62,963 nt of DNA from Chitinophagaceae bacterium. GTDB lineage: Bacteria; Bacteroidota; Bacteroidia; Chitinophagales; Chitinophagaceae. Positions 18,589-27,782 of this stretch are shown here, piece after piece (the first letter of the stretch is position 1; the number at the start of each line of letters is the position of its first letter). A model generated the notes under the pieces. It did not search any database. It was given only the letters and a program-made list of their open reading frames with translations, and was not told the origin of the DNA. The position numbers and the translations under genes were made by a program. The stretch is taken from assembly GCA_020848815.1 (NCBI GenBank), contig JADLHL010000249.1, positions 1 to 62,963 of the forward strand, written 5' to 3'.

Positions 18589-19434
18589 TTATACAACGGC
18601 TGCTTCGCAAATCCAGGTGGGTACAATGCCGGTGGATACAATGCGACTCTCGGCATCTTTGGGTTGTGTGTTGCCGGTAAGCACCAGCATGGTATCCAAT
18701 CCAAACTTATTGCCACCCAAAATATCAGTAGCGAGTGTATCGCCAATCATCAAAATATCTTTCTTCGAAATACTCCGTTTGGCTTGCAGCTTTTCATACG
18801 CAAACATGAAAATCTGTGTATCAGGTTTACCAAAACGAATGAACTTTTTACCCACTACTTTTTCAATCATGTGGGCCAATGCACCTACGGCTATGCTTAC
18901 ATCGTGGTTATTAACGGGGTAAGAATTATCGGGGTTAGCAGCAATGGCAGGAATGGTGCGATGGCGCAACAAATTCACAGCTTTGTTCAAATCACGAAAC
19001 CAGTCATAGCCTTCATCATCCAGCATTACCAGGGCATTCACCTTGTGCATATTGCTGTCGTCTATTTCACTCACTGGCATGGTGTGCAAGCCACTGCTGT
19101 CTATGTAATGCGCCGAATTTTCGGTACCCAAATACGCAACAATACCATCGTTTACTTTCAGGTCTAAAAATTCTTTGGCCAGCATGCCCGAAGAAATGAT
19201 GTGATCGGGCTGAATATTGTACAAGCCTGCCCGATGAAAAGAAGTAGCCAGCAATTCGGGGCTGCGACTGGCATCGTTGGTAATGATATAGTATTCTTTC
19301 CGCTGCGCTTCGAGCAATGCAAATGTGCGGTCTACGCCGGGCACCAGCCCCTGATAAGAACGCAGCACACCGTACGAGTCGAAAAAGATGACATCGTACT
19401 GATCAATCACGGAACGGAAATCAGACAAATGCAT
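18589..19434 (-). CDS. HAD-IIA family hydrolase
   Basis: FDSYGVL, TNDAS, GKP and IGDTLATDILG motifs. Confidence 0.88.
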   Translation of the reverse strand: MHLSDFRSVIDQYDVIFFDSYGVLRSYQGLVPGVDRTFALLEAQRKEYYIITNDASRSPELLATSFHRAGLYNIQPDHIISSGMLAKEFLDLKVNDGIVAYLGTENSAHYIDSSGLHTMPVSEIDDSNMHKVNALVMLDDEGYDWFRDLNKAVNLLRHRTIPAIAANPDNSYPVNNHDVSIAVGALAHMIEKVVGKKFIRFGKPDTQIFMFAYEKLQAKRSISKKDILMIGDTLATDILGGNKFGLDTMLVLTGNTQPKDAESRIVSTGIVPTWICEAAVV

Positions 19435-19487
19435 GGCGCAAAAGCAGTTTAGTTGGTACGAAAAAAAACTTCGTAAAGCAGCAGTCG

Positions 19488-20153
19488 TTATTCTTTTCCG
19501 GCTATCACTATTACAATTTCACCCTTCACGCCTTTCTCTCTAAAATAGTCGGCTACTTCTTGCAAAGTACCTCTTTTGTTTTCTTCAAACTTTTTGCTGA
19601 GTTCCCGGCTTACACAGCATTGGCGGTCGGCACCAAAGTAGGTGGCTATTTCGTCGAGGGTTTTTACCAACCGCATGGGGCTTTCATAAATCACCATGGT
19701 GCGTTCTTCGGTAGCCAGTTTGGTGAGCATGGTGTGGCGGCCTTTTTTAGGCGGCAAAAATCCTTCGAATGTAAAGCGGTTGGTAGGCAACCCACTGTTG
19801 ACCAATGCCGGTACAAAGGCCGTGGCGCCGGGCAAACATTCCACGGCAATGTTGTTGCGAACACATTCCCGCACCAGCAAAAAAGCCGGATCGCTGATGC
19901 CAGGCGTACCCGCATCGGTTAGTACCGCCATTTGCTTACCTGCCTGCAGTTGTGTTACCAAATGCTGCAGCACTTTGTGTTCGTTGTGCTGGTGGTAAGG
20001 CGATAGCGGCTTGCTAATGCCGTAATGATTGAGCAACACCGAAGAAGTGCGGGTGTCTTCACACAAAATCACATCCACCTGTTTCAATACCTCCACTGCC
20101 CGATACGTCATATCAGACAGGTTGCCTATGGGAGATGGAACGAGGTAGAGCAA
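19488..20153 (-). CDS. rsmI: 16S rRNA C1402 2'-O-methyltransferase
   Basis: LYLVPSPIGNL, EDTR, DAGTPGISDP and RELSKKFEE motifs. TTG start. Confidence 0.95.
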   Translation of the reverse strand: MLYLVPSPIGNLSDMTYRAVEVLKQVDVILCEDTRTSSVLLNHYGISKPLSPYHQHNEHKVLQHLVTQLQAGKQMAVLTDAGTPGISDPAFLLVRECVRNNIAVECLPGATAFVPALVNSGLPTNRFTFEGFLPPKKGRHTMLTKLATEERTMVIYESPMRLVKTLDEIATYFGADRQCCVSRELSKKFEENKRGTLQEVADYFREKGVKGEIVIVIAGKE

Positions 20154-20174
20154 GATGAAAAAATAATGACCTGG

Positions 20175-20420
20175 TTACGCAATCACTACTTCAAAGTATT
20201 CCATTACTGCGTTGGCCAGCACTTTTTGAGCAGCCTCGGTGGCAACGGCTTTGGCAGCTTCGGGGCTGTCGGCTTCTACCTGCAGGGTAATGTGCTTACC
20301 AATGCGAACATCTTTAATTTGGCTCAGGCCGAGGTTGCCCAGTCCGCCCATGACGGCCTTGCCTTGTGGGTCGAGCAGTTCTTTCAATGGCATTACGGTG
20401 ATATGAGCAGTGTATGTCAT
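20175..20420 (-). CDS. purS: Phosphoribosylformylglycinamidine synthase subunit PurS
   Basis: LLDPQGKAV, VRIGK and LANAVME motifs. Start refined to MTYTAHI, with TACCTTTG upstream at 20460-20467. Confidence 0.93.
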   Translation of the reverse strand: MTYTAHITVMPLKELLDPQGKAVMGGLGNLGLSQIKDVRIGKHITLQVEADSPEAAKAVATEAAQKVLANAVMEYFEVVIA

Positions 20421-20488
20421 GTTGATTTGTTTTGAAAACGAAAATGGCTTAGAAAGCAGCAAAGGTAACCGGCACCGCCCAGCAAGCC

Positions 20489-20526
20489 AAAACAGAAAGG
20501 CCATTTACCCAAGCGGGCAAATGGCC
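20489..20526 (-). terminator. Terminator after the fibre-protein pair
   Basis: GGCCATTT..AAATGGCC hairpin followed by a T-rich tract on the minus strand. Confidence 0.7.
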
Positions 20527-20547
20527 GGTAGCTGCATCGCATCACGA

Positions 20548-22944
20548 CTATCGTTTTTGCTGAGCTTTCAGCGTATCAATTTCTTTCTTCAGCTCCTTGA
20601 TACTCTCAATGAGCAGCGGCACCAGTTTGGCATAATCCACGCCCTTGAAGCCGTTTAATTCCGACACGGCTTCGGGCACAACCCGTTCCACTTCCTGAGC
20701 TATCAGGCCCATCTCCCGACCTTGTTTAAAATTCATGTTGTTGAAATCTCCCGCCTTCATGTCGTAGGTAACACCGTTGAGCTGCAGCAGTTTTTGCAGG
20801 GGCGAAGCAATGCCGCTGATGTTCTGCTTGAAACGGCCATCGCTGGCATAGGTGGTACCATTGGCCCACAAGCTGCCGAAGATGGCAAAAGCGTAAGCGC
20901 CGTTGCGTTCGGCCTTGGCAAGCTCTGCAAAAGAACCGTCGGTTTGAATAACGCCCATACTCACTTTGCCGTTGGGAATGTCGTTTTGCAAACGCAGTTC
21001 GCCACCATACACACCAATACCTACATCGCCATAAGGGCCTTTGTACAAAGAGATTTTTGTAAGGCCCAAGTTATTAGAAAACTGCAGTGGTGCCGATGCA
21101 GCAGCACCGTTGAGGCCAATGCCCACGTAACCATTGTTCGCATTCATGGTCAGCCCCCAGCCGGCACCGTTGCTGCCATAGAAGCCGAGCACATTGTCGT
21201 TGGGTACACCCACCAGTCCCACATTGGCGGTGTTGGCTGCATTAGACAGCCACATACCGGCGGTTTGAGTGCCGGTGCGAACCTGTATTCTTCCGTTGGT
21301 TTGCATGGCCACTTCGCCGCTGTTGATGATGCGGGCCCTTTCAGTAAAAGCAGTGCTGCTGCCCCATCCAAAACCAATATTGGAGCCGGCTATATCGGTA
21401 TACAGTTGCAGCAAATTGCTTTGAATACCCAAGCCATACTGACTGGTGGCACTGGAACCATACAGGGCCACTTTGGCACCCAAAGTGTTGGCAAAAGTTT
21501 GCGTAGCCAATTGTGTGGTAGTGCCAATGCTCATGTTGCCATTGAAATAGCTGTTACCTTCTAGATGCAATTTTGCCATGGGAAAATCGGTACCAATCCC
21601 CACTTCTCCCATCAAGAAAGTTTGGCCTTCTACATGAAGCTTTGCCGCAGGCTTGCTGATGCCAATGCCCACATTGCCTTCGCCCCGAAAAATGTTCATG
21701 CCATCGGTTTGCCATTGTGTGGTAGAAAGCTGTAGCCCTGTTGGCGACATGCTTACGCCATAATTGCGGTCTAGGCTAAAAAGACAAAGCCGGTTGTTGT
21801 TGTATGATGGAACTGCTACCACATCATTTTGGGCGAATAAAATACCCGGCCCACTGATGTTGGTGGTATTGTAGCCACGAGGCAGAGGTGCTGTTGGATT
21901 GGTTATATCAAACACAGACACCATGTTGAATTGCTCGTTTGCCACAAACAGAAAATTACCAGCACCATGAATACTGTAGGGACGATAAATATTTTCCTGC
22001 ACAAAGCCGGCTACCGTGGGGCTGGCCGGATTACTCACATTGAAAATTTGAATGCGGTCGTTATCTCTGGACGTAACGTAGGCATATCCATTTTTCACAT
22101 ACACATGCCGGGCATTGTTCAAGCCTGTATTGATGAAGCCCAGTGCCGTGATGGCTGTAGGATTGGAAACATCAAACATGCATAAGCGGTTGTTGCCATT
22201 GGATACCACATAAGCGATATTTCCCTGCACTACTACCCCTGTAGGAAAACTCAGATTGGTCGTTACGATTGATTTAAAAACCGGTGTGGCTGGTACTGAA
22301 ACATCATATATGGCCAACTCTCTTTCTGCGGTTATATAGGCGAAATTTCCTTGTACGGTTACAAAAGTTGGACGCCTTCCGGTGCCAATCATACCAACAT
22401 AGATAAGGCTTCCCGTAGGGGTAAAACTATAAATCGTAAGTGCATTGCCTAACTCTGAAGTTACGTATACATAATTGCCCTGAACAGCTACGCTACTGGG
22501 CCCATTGATATTGGTATAAGCATTGCTTTTCGACTGCGGATCGCTAAGATTGGAAATGTTATAAGAAACGAGAGAGTTGTTACTCCAGTTGACAACAAAA
22601 GCCAGATTGTCTTTTAATGCTGCGGCGGTTGGACCACCAATACCCTGTATGCCAAACCCTTTGGCTACAATGCCATTGGTGCTGGTAGCAGCTGTATCCA
22701 AACCGGTCCAGCGGCCGGTACTGAGGTAAGAACGCAAAGCCCTTTCGGTGGGTACATTGTTGTGGCTGTTTTCGCTCAGCAGGCTATCTCTGCTAAACTT
22801 TGACACAGCGGCTCCATCCTGTAATTGCAAATTACCATTCACATGCAATTTTGCCTGCGGCGTTTCGGTACCAATGCCAATATGTTGTGCCGAAATATTT
22901 TCATAAATACAAAATAGTGATAAAAAAAGAATAAAGGTTTTCAT
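20548..22944 (-). CDS. Secreted tail-fibre-like protein: LVIVD-like repeats, GIGT..P..KLHV repeats and peptidase S74 chaperone
   Basis: Signal peptide MKTFILFLSLFC. Repeated V.V.GN.AYV..../D(V/I)SNP..P units. C-terminal SDGRFKQNI..GLIAQEVE..VDYAKLVPLLIE followed by a coiled coil. Confidence 0.85.
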   Translation of the reverse strand: MKTFILFLSLFCIYENISAQHIGIGTETPQAKLHVNGNLQLQDGAAVSKFSRDSLLSENSHNNVPTERALRSYLSTGRWTGLDTAATSTNGIVAKGFGIQGIGGPTAAALKDNLAFVVNWSNNSLVSYNISNLSDPQSKSNAYTNINGPSSVAVQGNYVYVTSELGNALTIYSFTPTGSLIYVGMIGTGRRPTFVTVQGNFAYITAERELAIYDVSVPATPVFKSIVTTNLSFPTGVVVQGNIAYVVSNGNNRLCMFDVSNPTAITALGFINTGLNNARHVYVKNGYAYVTSRDNDRIQIFNVSNPASPTVAGFVQENIYRPYSIHGAGNFLFVANEQFNMVSVFDITNPTAPLPRGYNTTNISGPGILFAQNDVVAVPSYNNNRLCLFSLDRNYGVSMSPTGLQLSTTQWQTDGMNIFRGEGNVGIGISKPAAKLHVEGQTFLMGEVGIGTDFPMAKLHLEGNSYFNGNMSIGTTTQLATQTFANTLGAKVALYGSSATSQYGLGIQSNLLQLYTDIAGSNIGFGWGSSTAFTERARIINSGEVAMQTNGRIQVRTGTQTAGMWLSNAANTANVGLVGVPNDNVLGFYGSNGAGWGLTMNANNGYVGIGLNGAAASAPLQFSNNLGLTKISLYKGPYGDVGIGVYGGELRLQNDIPNGKVSMGVIQTDGSFAELAKAERNGAYAFAIFGSLWANGTTYASDGRFKQNISGIASPLQKLLQLNGVTYDMKAGDFNNMNFKQGREMGLIAQEVERVVPEAVSELNGFKGVDYAKLVPLLIESIKELKKEIDTLKAQQKR

Positions 22945-22956
22945 ACACGGTACTTA

Positions 22957-25086
22957 TTAATGAGCTTTCTTTTTACCCTTGCTTAGTTGCAGCTTAAGTG
23001 CATCTATTTGCTGTTGTTGGTTTTTGATGGCCTCTATCAACAATGGCACCAGTTTGGCATAGTCGATAGCCCTGTAACCATTGGGACCGGTAACCACTAC
23101 TTCGGGTACAATGGTTTCTACTTGTTGGGCTATCAGGCCAATTTGTTGTCCTTCGGCAAAGTGCTCCTGCGGATACTCTTCCGTTTTCATTTCGTAAGTA
23201 ACACCCTGCAACTGCAATACTTTATCCAGGGCATTGCCTAAAGGCTCAATGTTTCTTTTGTACCGCCCATCGCTGGCATACGTGGTACCGTTGGCCCACA
23301 AGCTACCGAAAATGGCAAATGCATAAGCTCCGTTGCGTTCAGCCTTGGCCAGTTCTGAAAAACTACCGTCGGTTTGAATGACGCCCATACTCACTTTGCC
23401 ATTGGGAATATCATTTTGCAAACGCAGTTCGCCGCCGTATGCACCAATGCCTACATCGCCATAAGTGCCTTTATACAGCGAAATTTTCGTGAGGCCCAAC
23501 GCATTGGAAAACTGAAGGGGTGCCGATGCTGATGCACCATTCAGCCCAATGCCCACGTATCCGTTATTGGCATTCATTGTCAACCCCCATTGCGCTCCGG
23601 TATTGCCGTAAAAGCCCATCACATTATCGTTGGGTAAACCAATAAAACCTACATTACCAGTATTGGCCGCATTGGCCAGCCAGAGCCCTGCCGTTTGCGA
23701 ACCGGTGCGAATTTGCAACCTACCGTTTGTCTGGAATGATACTTCCCCATTGTTAATAATGCGTGCCCGTTCGGTAAATGCACCGCTATGGCCATAACCC
23801 ATAGCAATGTTGGAGTTGATGGCATCGCTATATATCTGAAACAATCCGCTTTGTATACCCATGCCATACTGAGGGGTGGCACCCAATCCCCCGTATAAAG
23901 AAATGCGATTACCCAGTCTGTTGGAGAATGATAGCGAATCCAAAGCCAACTGGCCCGTTACGGCAGTGTTATTGGGCAGCTTGGTATTGCCATATTTCGA
24001 AACAATATTACCCTGTACAATGAGGTCGCCGCGGGTTTCGATATTGCCCAGTGCGGTAAGCTTGTCTCTGAAAATACCACTACCCACTACATCGAGTTTG
24101 GCAAAAGGGGTATCAATACCAATGCCCACTTTCACCGAGTTGTTGGCTGTGGGTACCACATTGCTTTCTGCAACACAAATTTTGGCACTGCCATCGGCAA
24201 TGGCCGCACCAGTACCTGTATAGCGCATCATGCGTATATAAATGATTGAATTGGGTGCGAGAGATAAAAAATTAAAACCAAAAAAAGTACATCCTATTTC
24301 AGTAAACGGACCACTGCAACTGCTGGCGGTATAAGCCGTCATACAGGTGCCGTTGTAGGTATGATTGATACGTAATTTACCAGTAGCAGGCACCCGTACT
24401 TTAAACCATACATCACGCACATTGGCACCGGGCATAGGGGCAATGCACGATGGGTTTGGTACCGCAGGGGTAAGCGTAGCACCCGTCCAGCTATAAGCCG
24501 TTACAGGTACACAATCTTGGCCCAAAGGGTCGGCCGCATCTACTGGAAAAAAGCCGGCGTTGCAAGGTTCATCGGCCAGTACATTGTCGTTGCTCACACA
24601 AATTTTGATAGCGCCATTGGCAAATGCCGCGGTGTTGGAAAACCGCCGGTATACTCGCATATACACTATACCACCCGGAGTAAGTCCGTTGAATTTCCGT
24701 GATTTTTCTCCTGTAATATTTGTGTATAAGCAGGGGTACCCATTGTTGAAACTATTGAAAATGGCAAGACTGTTACAAGTGTTGCTGGTGTACATTTCTG
24801 CAGTATAGGCATTGCCATCACTTGCATCTATACTTACAACAGCGATGCCACTGGCGGGCACTGTAAACTTGAACCACACATCCAGGTTTTGAAAATTTTC
24901 GCACCAGGTATTGCCGCTGCCACTGCTCCAGGTAGCACCGGTATAGCTAAATATGGTTGTGGGCTCACAGCCCAAATTTTCGACTGGAATATTGACAGCT
25001 CCGCATGCATCATTGTTGGCCGGCTGAGCCAGAACAGCTGTGCAACTACCAAAAGTTATGACCAGAAGTGCCAGGCTTTTTTTCAT
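22957..25086 (-). CDS. Secreted tail-fibre-like protein: two Cys-rich DVWFK domains and peptidase S74 chaperone
   Basis: Start refined to MKKSLALL (signal peptide). NDACGA..DVWFKF and DEPCNA..DVWFKV repeats. C-terminal SDGRYKRNI..GLIAQQVE..IDYAKLVP. Confidence 0.85.
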   Translation of the reverse strand: MKKSLALLVITFGSCTAVLAQPANNDACGAVNIPVENLGCEPTTIFSYTGATWSSGSGNTWCENFQNLDVWFKFTVPASGIAVVSIDASDGNAYTAEMYTSNTCNSLAIFNSFNNGYPCLYTNITGEKSRKFNGLTPGGIVYMRVYRRFSNTAAFANGAIKICVSNDNVLADEPCNAGFFPVDAADPLGQDCVPVTAYSWTGATLTPAVPNPSCIAPMPGANVRDVWFKVRVPATGKLRINHTYNGTCMTAYTASSCSGPFTEIGCTFFGFNFLSLAPNSIIYIRMMRYTGTGAAIADGSAKICVAESNVVPTANNSVKVGIGIDTPFAKLDVVGSGIFRDKLTALGNIETRGDLIVQGNIVSKYGNTKLPNNTAVTGQLALDSLSFSNRLGNRISLYGGLGATPQYGMGIQSGLFQIYSDAINSNIAMGYGHSGAFTERARIINNGEVSFQTNGRLQIRTGSQTAGLWLANAANTGNVGFIGLPNDNVMGFYGNTGAQWGLTMNANNGYVGIGLNGASASAPLQFSNALGLTKISLYKGTYGDVGIGAYGGELRLQNDIPNGKVSMGVIQTDGSFSELAKAERNGAYAFAIFGSLWANGTTYASDGRYKRNIEPLGNALDKVLQLQGVTYEMKTEEYPQEHFAEGQQIGLIAQQVETIVPEVVVTGPNGYRAIDYAKLVPLLIEAIKNQQQQIDALKLQLSKGKKKAH

Positions 25087-25207
25087 GGGATTATTTCTTT
25101 GATAAGGGGTATTTAAAGCATTGCAGACACATTGCTTCACGTGCATAAAAGTATTGCCCGGCACATAGTAAGCACTCCCGTAAAAGAGGGATTCTCTCCT
25201 CACCTCC

Positions 25208-25240
25208 AAAACAAAACAGGCGACCCGAAGGCCGCCTGTT
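25208..25240 (-). terminator. Terminator after pssA-like gene
   Basis: AACAGGCG..CGCCTGTT hairpin with a T-rich tail on the minus strand. Confidence 0.75.
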
Positions 25241-25261
25241 GTACTTCAATTGAAGTAAAAT

Positions 25262-26044
25262 CTATTGAATGGCTTTTTTGAAAATCACTGACAACAGTAC
25301 AAATGCGGCATAGGCAATAGGGCCGGCCCACCAACCGAGCACCACGGCAGCTATTACAGTTACCAACAGCAGCAGCAATTGTGGCAGCAATCCCTGCAGC
25401 GTTACAGATTTTGGTTTGTTGCTCATTATGGGCAGGTCACTCACCATCAGCCAGCTGAGCACTGCAACAAGGCCGTACCAAAACCACTGGTTGGTGAGGA
25501 GGTTAAGTGTGTTAGCATCATTGCTGGTCCAGTAAATGAGCGGAAAGGAAGCGACCATCAATCCTACCGAAGGCACAGGCGTACCCCGGAAACAATGCGT
25601 TTGGCGGGTATCGAGGTTGAACTTGGCGAGCCGATACGCCGCTGCTGCCGCCAGCACAAACGCCGGTGCCAGCCACCAGAATGACGTATCAAGACCAGCT
25701 TCGGTTTTGGCTACACTGAGGCGCAAAAACTGATAGACAATGATGGCAGGAGCCACGCCAAAACTTACCACATCGGCAAGGCTATCGAGTTGTTTGCCCA
25801 TCTCGCTGCTGGCCTTGAGGGCACGGGCCACAAAGCCATCCAGAAAATCGACCACCGCTGCCAAGGCTATAAACAAAGGCGCCATGTACACGGCTTCGGG
25901 CAGCAGTTCCAACTTTTGGCCAATGGGATTTTCAGGAGAAGGATCAGTCTCCACAATGGCAATGCCATTTTGCAATAAGAATACAATGGCACAGCAACCG
26001 AGAATGAGGTTGAGGAGCGTAAATAAGTTGGGAATTTGCTTCAT
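25262..26044 (-). CDS. pssA: CDP-alcohol phosphatidyltransferase (phosphatidylserine synthase-like)
   Basis: DFLDGFVAR..GKQLDSLADVVSFGVAP and RLAKFN motifs. Confidence 0.85.
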   Translation of the reverse strand: MKQIPNLFTLLNLILGCCAIVFLLQNGIAIVETDPSPENPIGQKLELLPEAVYMAPLFIALAAVVDFLDGFVARALKASSEMGKQLDSLADVVSFGVAPAIIVYQFLRLSVAKTEAGLDTSFWWLAPAFVLAAAAAYRLAKFNLDTRQTHCFRGTPVPSVGLMVASFPLIYWTSNDANTLNLLTNQWFWYGLVAVLSWLMVSDLPIMSNKPKSVTLQGLLPQLLLLLVTVIAAVVLGWWAGPIAYAAFVLLSVIFKKAIQ

Positions 26045-26103
26045 GCAGAATTTTCTAATAATCCTTCAAAAAATAAATCAATCTAAAAAAATAAACCGCC
26101 ACA

Positions 26104-26135
26104 AAGTCCTCCCTTTAGGGAGGATTTAGGAGGGT
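26104..26135. repeat. Repeat family A, copy 6 (supplies last codons and stop of pepP)
   Basis: AAGTCCTCCCTTTAGGGAGGATTTAGGAGGGT. Confidence 0.85.
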
Positions 26136-27427
26136 TTCATACAACGCTCAATCTCCTCCACCGTAATCGGAATTCCTTTAAACAAATCCACATTGCCAGT
26201 TTTAGTAATCCATACATTGTTTTCGATGCGAATGCCGAGTTGTTCTTCTTCTACATAAATACCCGGTTCGATAGTAAACAACATACCGGCCTGTATGGGC
26301 AAATGCTTCAGGCCCAAGTCATGCACATCCACGCCAAGATGGTGGCTGATGCCATGGTAGAGGTACTTGCGGAAAGCCCGTGATTCGAGCACATTGCGAT
26401 CTTCGTTTTTCACGTCTTCTTTTTTCAGCAGGCCTACTTTCAAAAACTGCTTGGTGGCTTCGTCGCCTACTTTGTTGGTATAGTCTACAATGGAAATGCC
26501 GGGTTTCAAAATGCTTTTGGCATAGTTGTGAATGTCGAGGCAGGCGTTGTACAATTCTTTCTGGCGCTTGCTAAACTTACCATTCACCGGAATGGTGCGG
26601 GTAAGATCGGCGCAGTAGCCGCCATAGTTGGCGCCAAAATCCATGAGCAAGAGTTCACCATCTTTACACTCCGCATTGTTGCTAATGTAATGCAGCGTTC
26701 GGGCACGGTCGCCGCTGGCAATGATGCTGCCGTATGCTTCGCCACGGGCACGGTTGCGCAAAAACTCATGCACAATTTCTGCTTCCACTTCATGCTCGTA
26801 CACACCGGGCTTTACAAACTTCATTACCCGCAAAAAAGCCTTGTGTGTAATGTCGATGGCGGTTTTCACCACTTCAACCTCTTCCTTGGTTTTAATGCCC
26901 CGAACTTCCCGCATAATCTTGGCACTGCGTTCGTACTGGTGCAGCGGATAGCGGCTCTTCATTTCATCAATGTACCGATAGTCACGTGTTTGTATTAACG
27001 ATGATTTTCGGTCATTCTCATTGGTATTGAGGTAAATAGTATCGGCAAAATGAATCCACTGCTGCAGTAAACCATCCAGACTATCGAGCCACAGCACAGC
27101 GGCAGCACCGCTGATGTCTTTTCCTTCCTGTGCACGAAGGCGTTTGCCATCCCATTTTTCTTTCATTTCGTTGGGGCGCACCAGCACCAACACTTCGCGG
27201 TACTTAGGGTCCGGATTATCGGGGTACAATACCAGCATGGTATCTTCCTGCTCTATGCCCGTGAGCCAAAACAAATCGCTGTTTTGCTGAAAGCGATACA
27301 GGGCATCGCCATTGCTGGGCACTTCATCATTGCTGTTGAAAATAGCAATGCTGTTGGGCTTCATTTTTTTGATAAAGCGTTGACGGTTTTGAATGAAGAT
27401 TTTTGGATTGAGCGGAAGATTTTTCAT
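26126..27427 (-). CDS. pepP: Xaa-Pro aminopeptidase (M24B)
   Basis: LHY, DFG..Y.ADLTRT, HGISHHLGVDVHD, TIEPGIY and GIRIEN motifs. Confidence 0.88.
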   Translation of the reverse strand: MKNLPLNPKIFIQNRQRFIKKMKPNSIAIFNSNDEVPSNGDALYRFQQNSDLFWLTGIEQEDTMLVLYPDNPDPKYREVLVLVRPNEMKEKWDGKRLRAQEGKDISGAAAVLWLDSLDGLLQQWIHFADTIYLNTNENDRKSSLIQTRDYRYIDEMKSRYPLHQYERSAKIMREVRGIKTKEEVEVVKTAIDITHKAFLRVMKFVKPGVYEHEVEAEIVHEFLRNRARGEAYGSIIASGDRARTLHYISNNAECKDGELLLMDFGANYGGYCADLTRTIPVNGKFSKRQKELYNACLDIHNYAKSILKPGISIVDYTNKVGDEATKQFLKVGLLKKEDVKNEDRNVLESRAFRKYLYHGISHHLGVDVHDLGLKHLPIQAGMLFTIEPGIYVEEEQLGIRIENNVWITKTGNVDLFKGIPITVEEIERCMKPS

Positions 27428-27592
27428 ACGTCATTTTTAGGAGTGGTAAATGTAAGCAGGTAAGATGGTTTCTGATGTTTCGTGTGATACGAAACATGGC
27501 GACAGCGAATTATAGGACGCGGATTTTTTCGGATAAACAAGATGAACACGGATTGATGTTGCTGTTGTTTTCAACAATCGTCATTTTATTGC

Positions 27593-27674
27593 AAACCGTT
27601 AAAACGGTTTTAGCTGTCTTTCGTATCCATATTACCCACGGTTAAAACCGTGGGCTAAGTTAAAACCGTGGGCT
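27593..27674. repeat. REP-like palindrome cluster
   Basis: AAACCGTTAAAACGGTTT and CCCACGGTTAAAACCGTGGG palindromes. GTTAAAACCGTGGGCT is directly repeated at 27641 and 27659. Confidence 0.7.
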
Positions 27675-27720
27675 TTGGAATGATTATGTAGGCTTTTGCG
27701 AAATGGAAGAACTTGATGCC

Positions 27721-27751
27721 AAAAGCAAAGGCCGTCTTCGCAGACGGCCTT
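27721..27751 (-). terminator. ppdK terminator
   Basis: AAGGCCGTCT..AGACGGCCTT hairpin with a T-rich tail. Confidence 0.8.
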
Positions 27752-27782
27752 GTACTTTCTCCATTTTCAAAAAAACCAAATC

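Noticed and set aside
20548-25086. Prophage interpretation of the tail-fibre-like genes
   Set aside because: No integrase, capsid, terminase or tail genes nearby, and both proteins carry signal peptides.
25146-25193. TCCC-N8-GGGA motif and TACTTTTA element upstream of the fibre genes
   Set aside because: A possible regulator site and promoter, but too short to support on its own.
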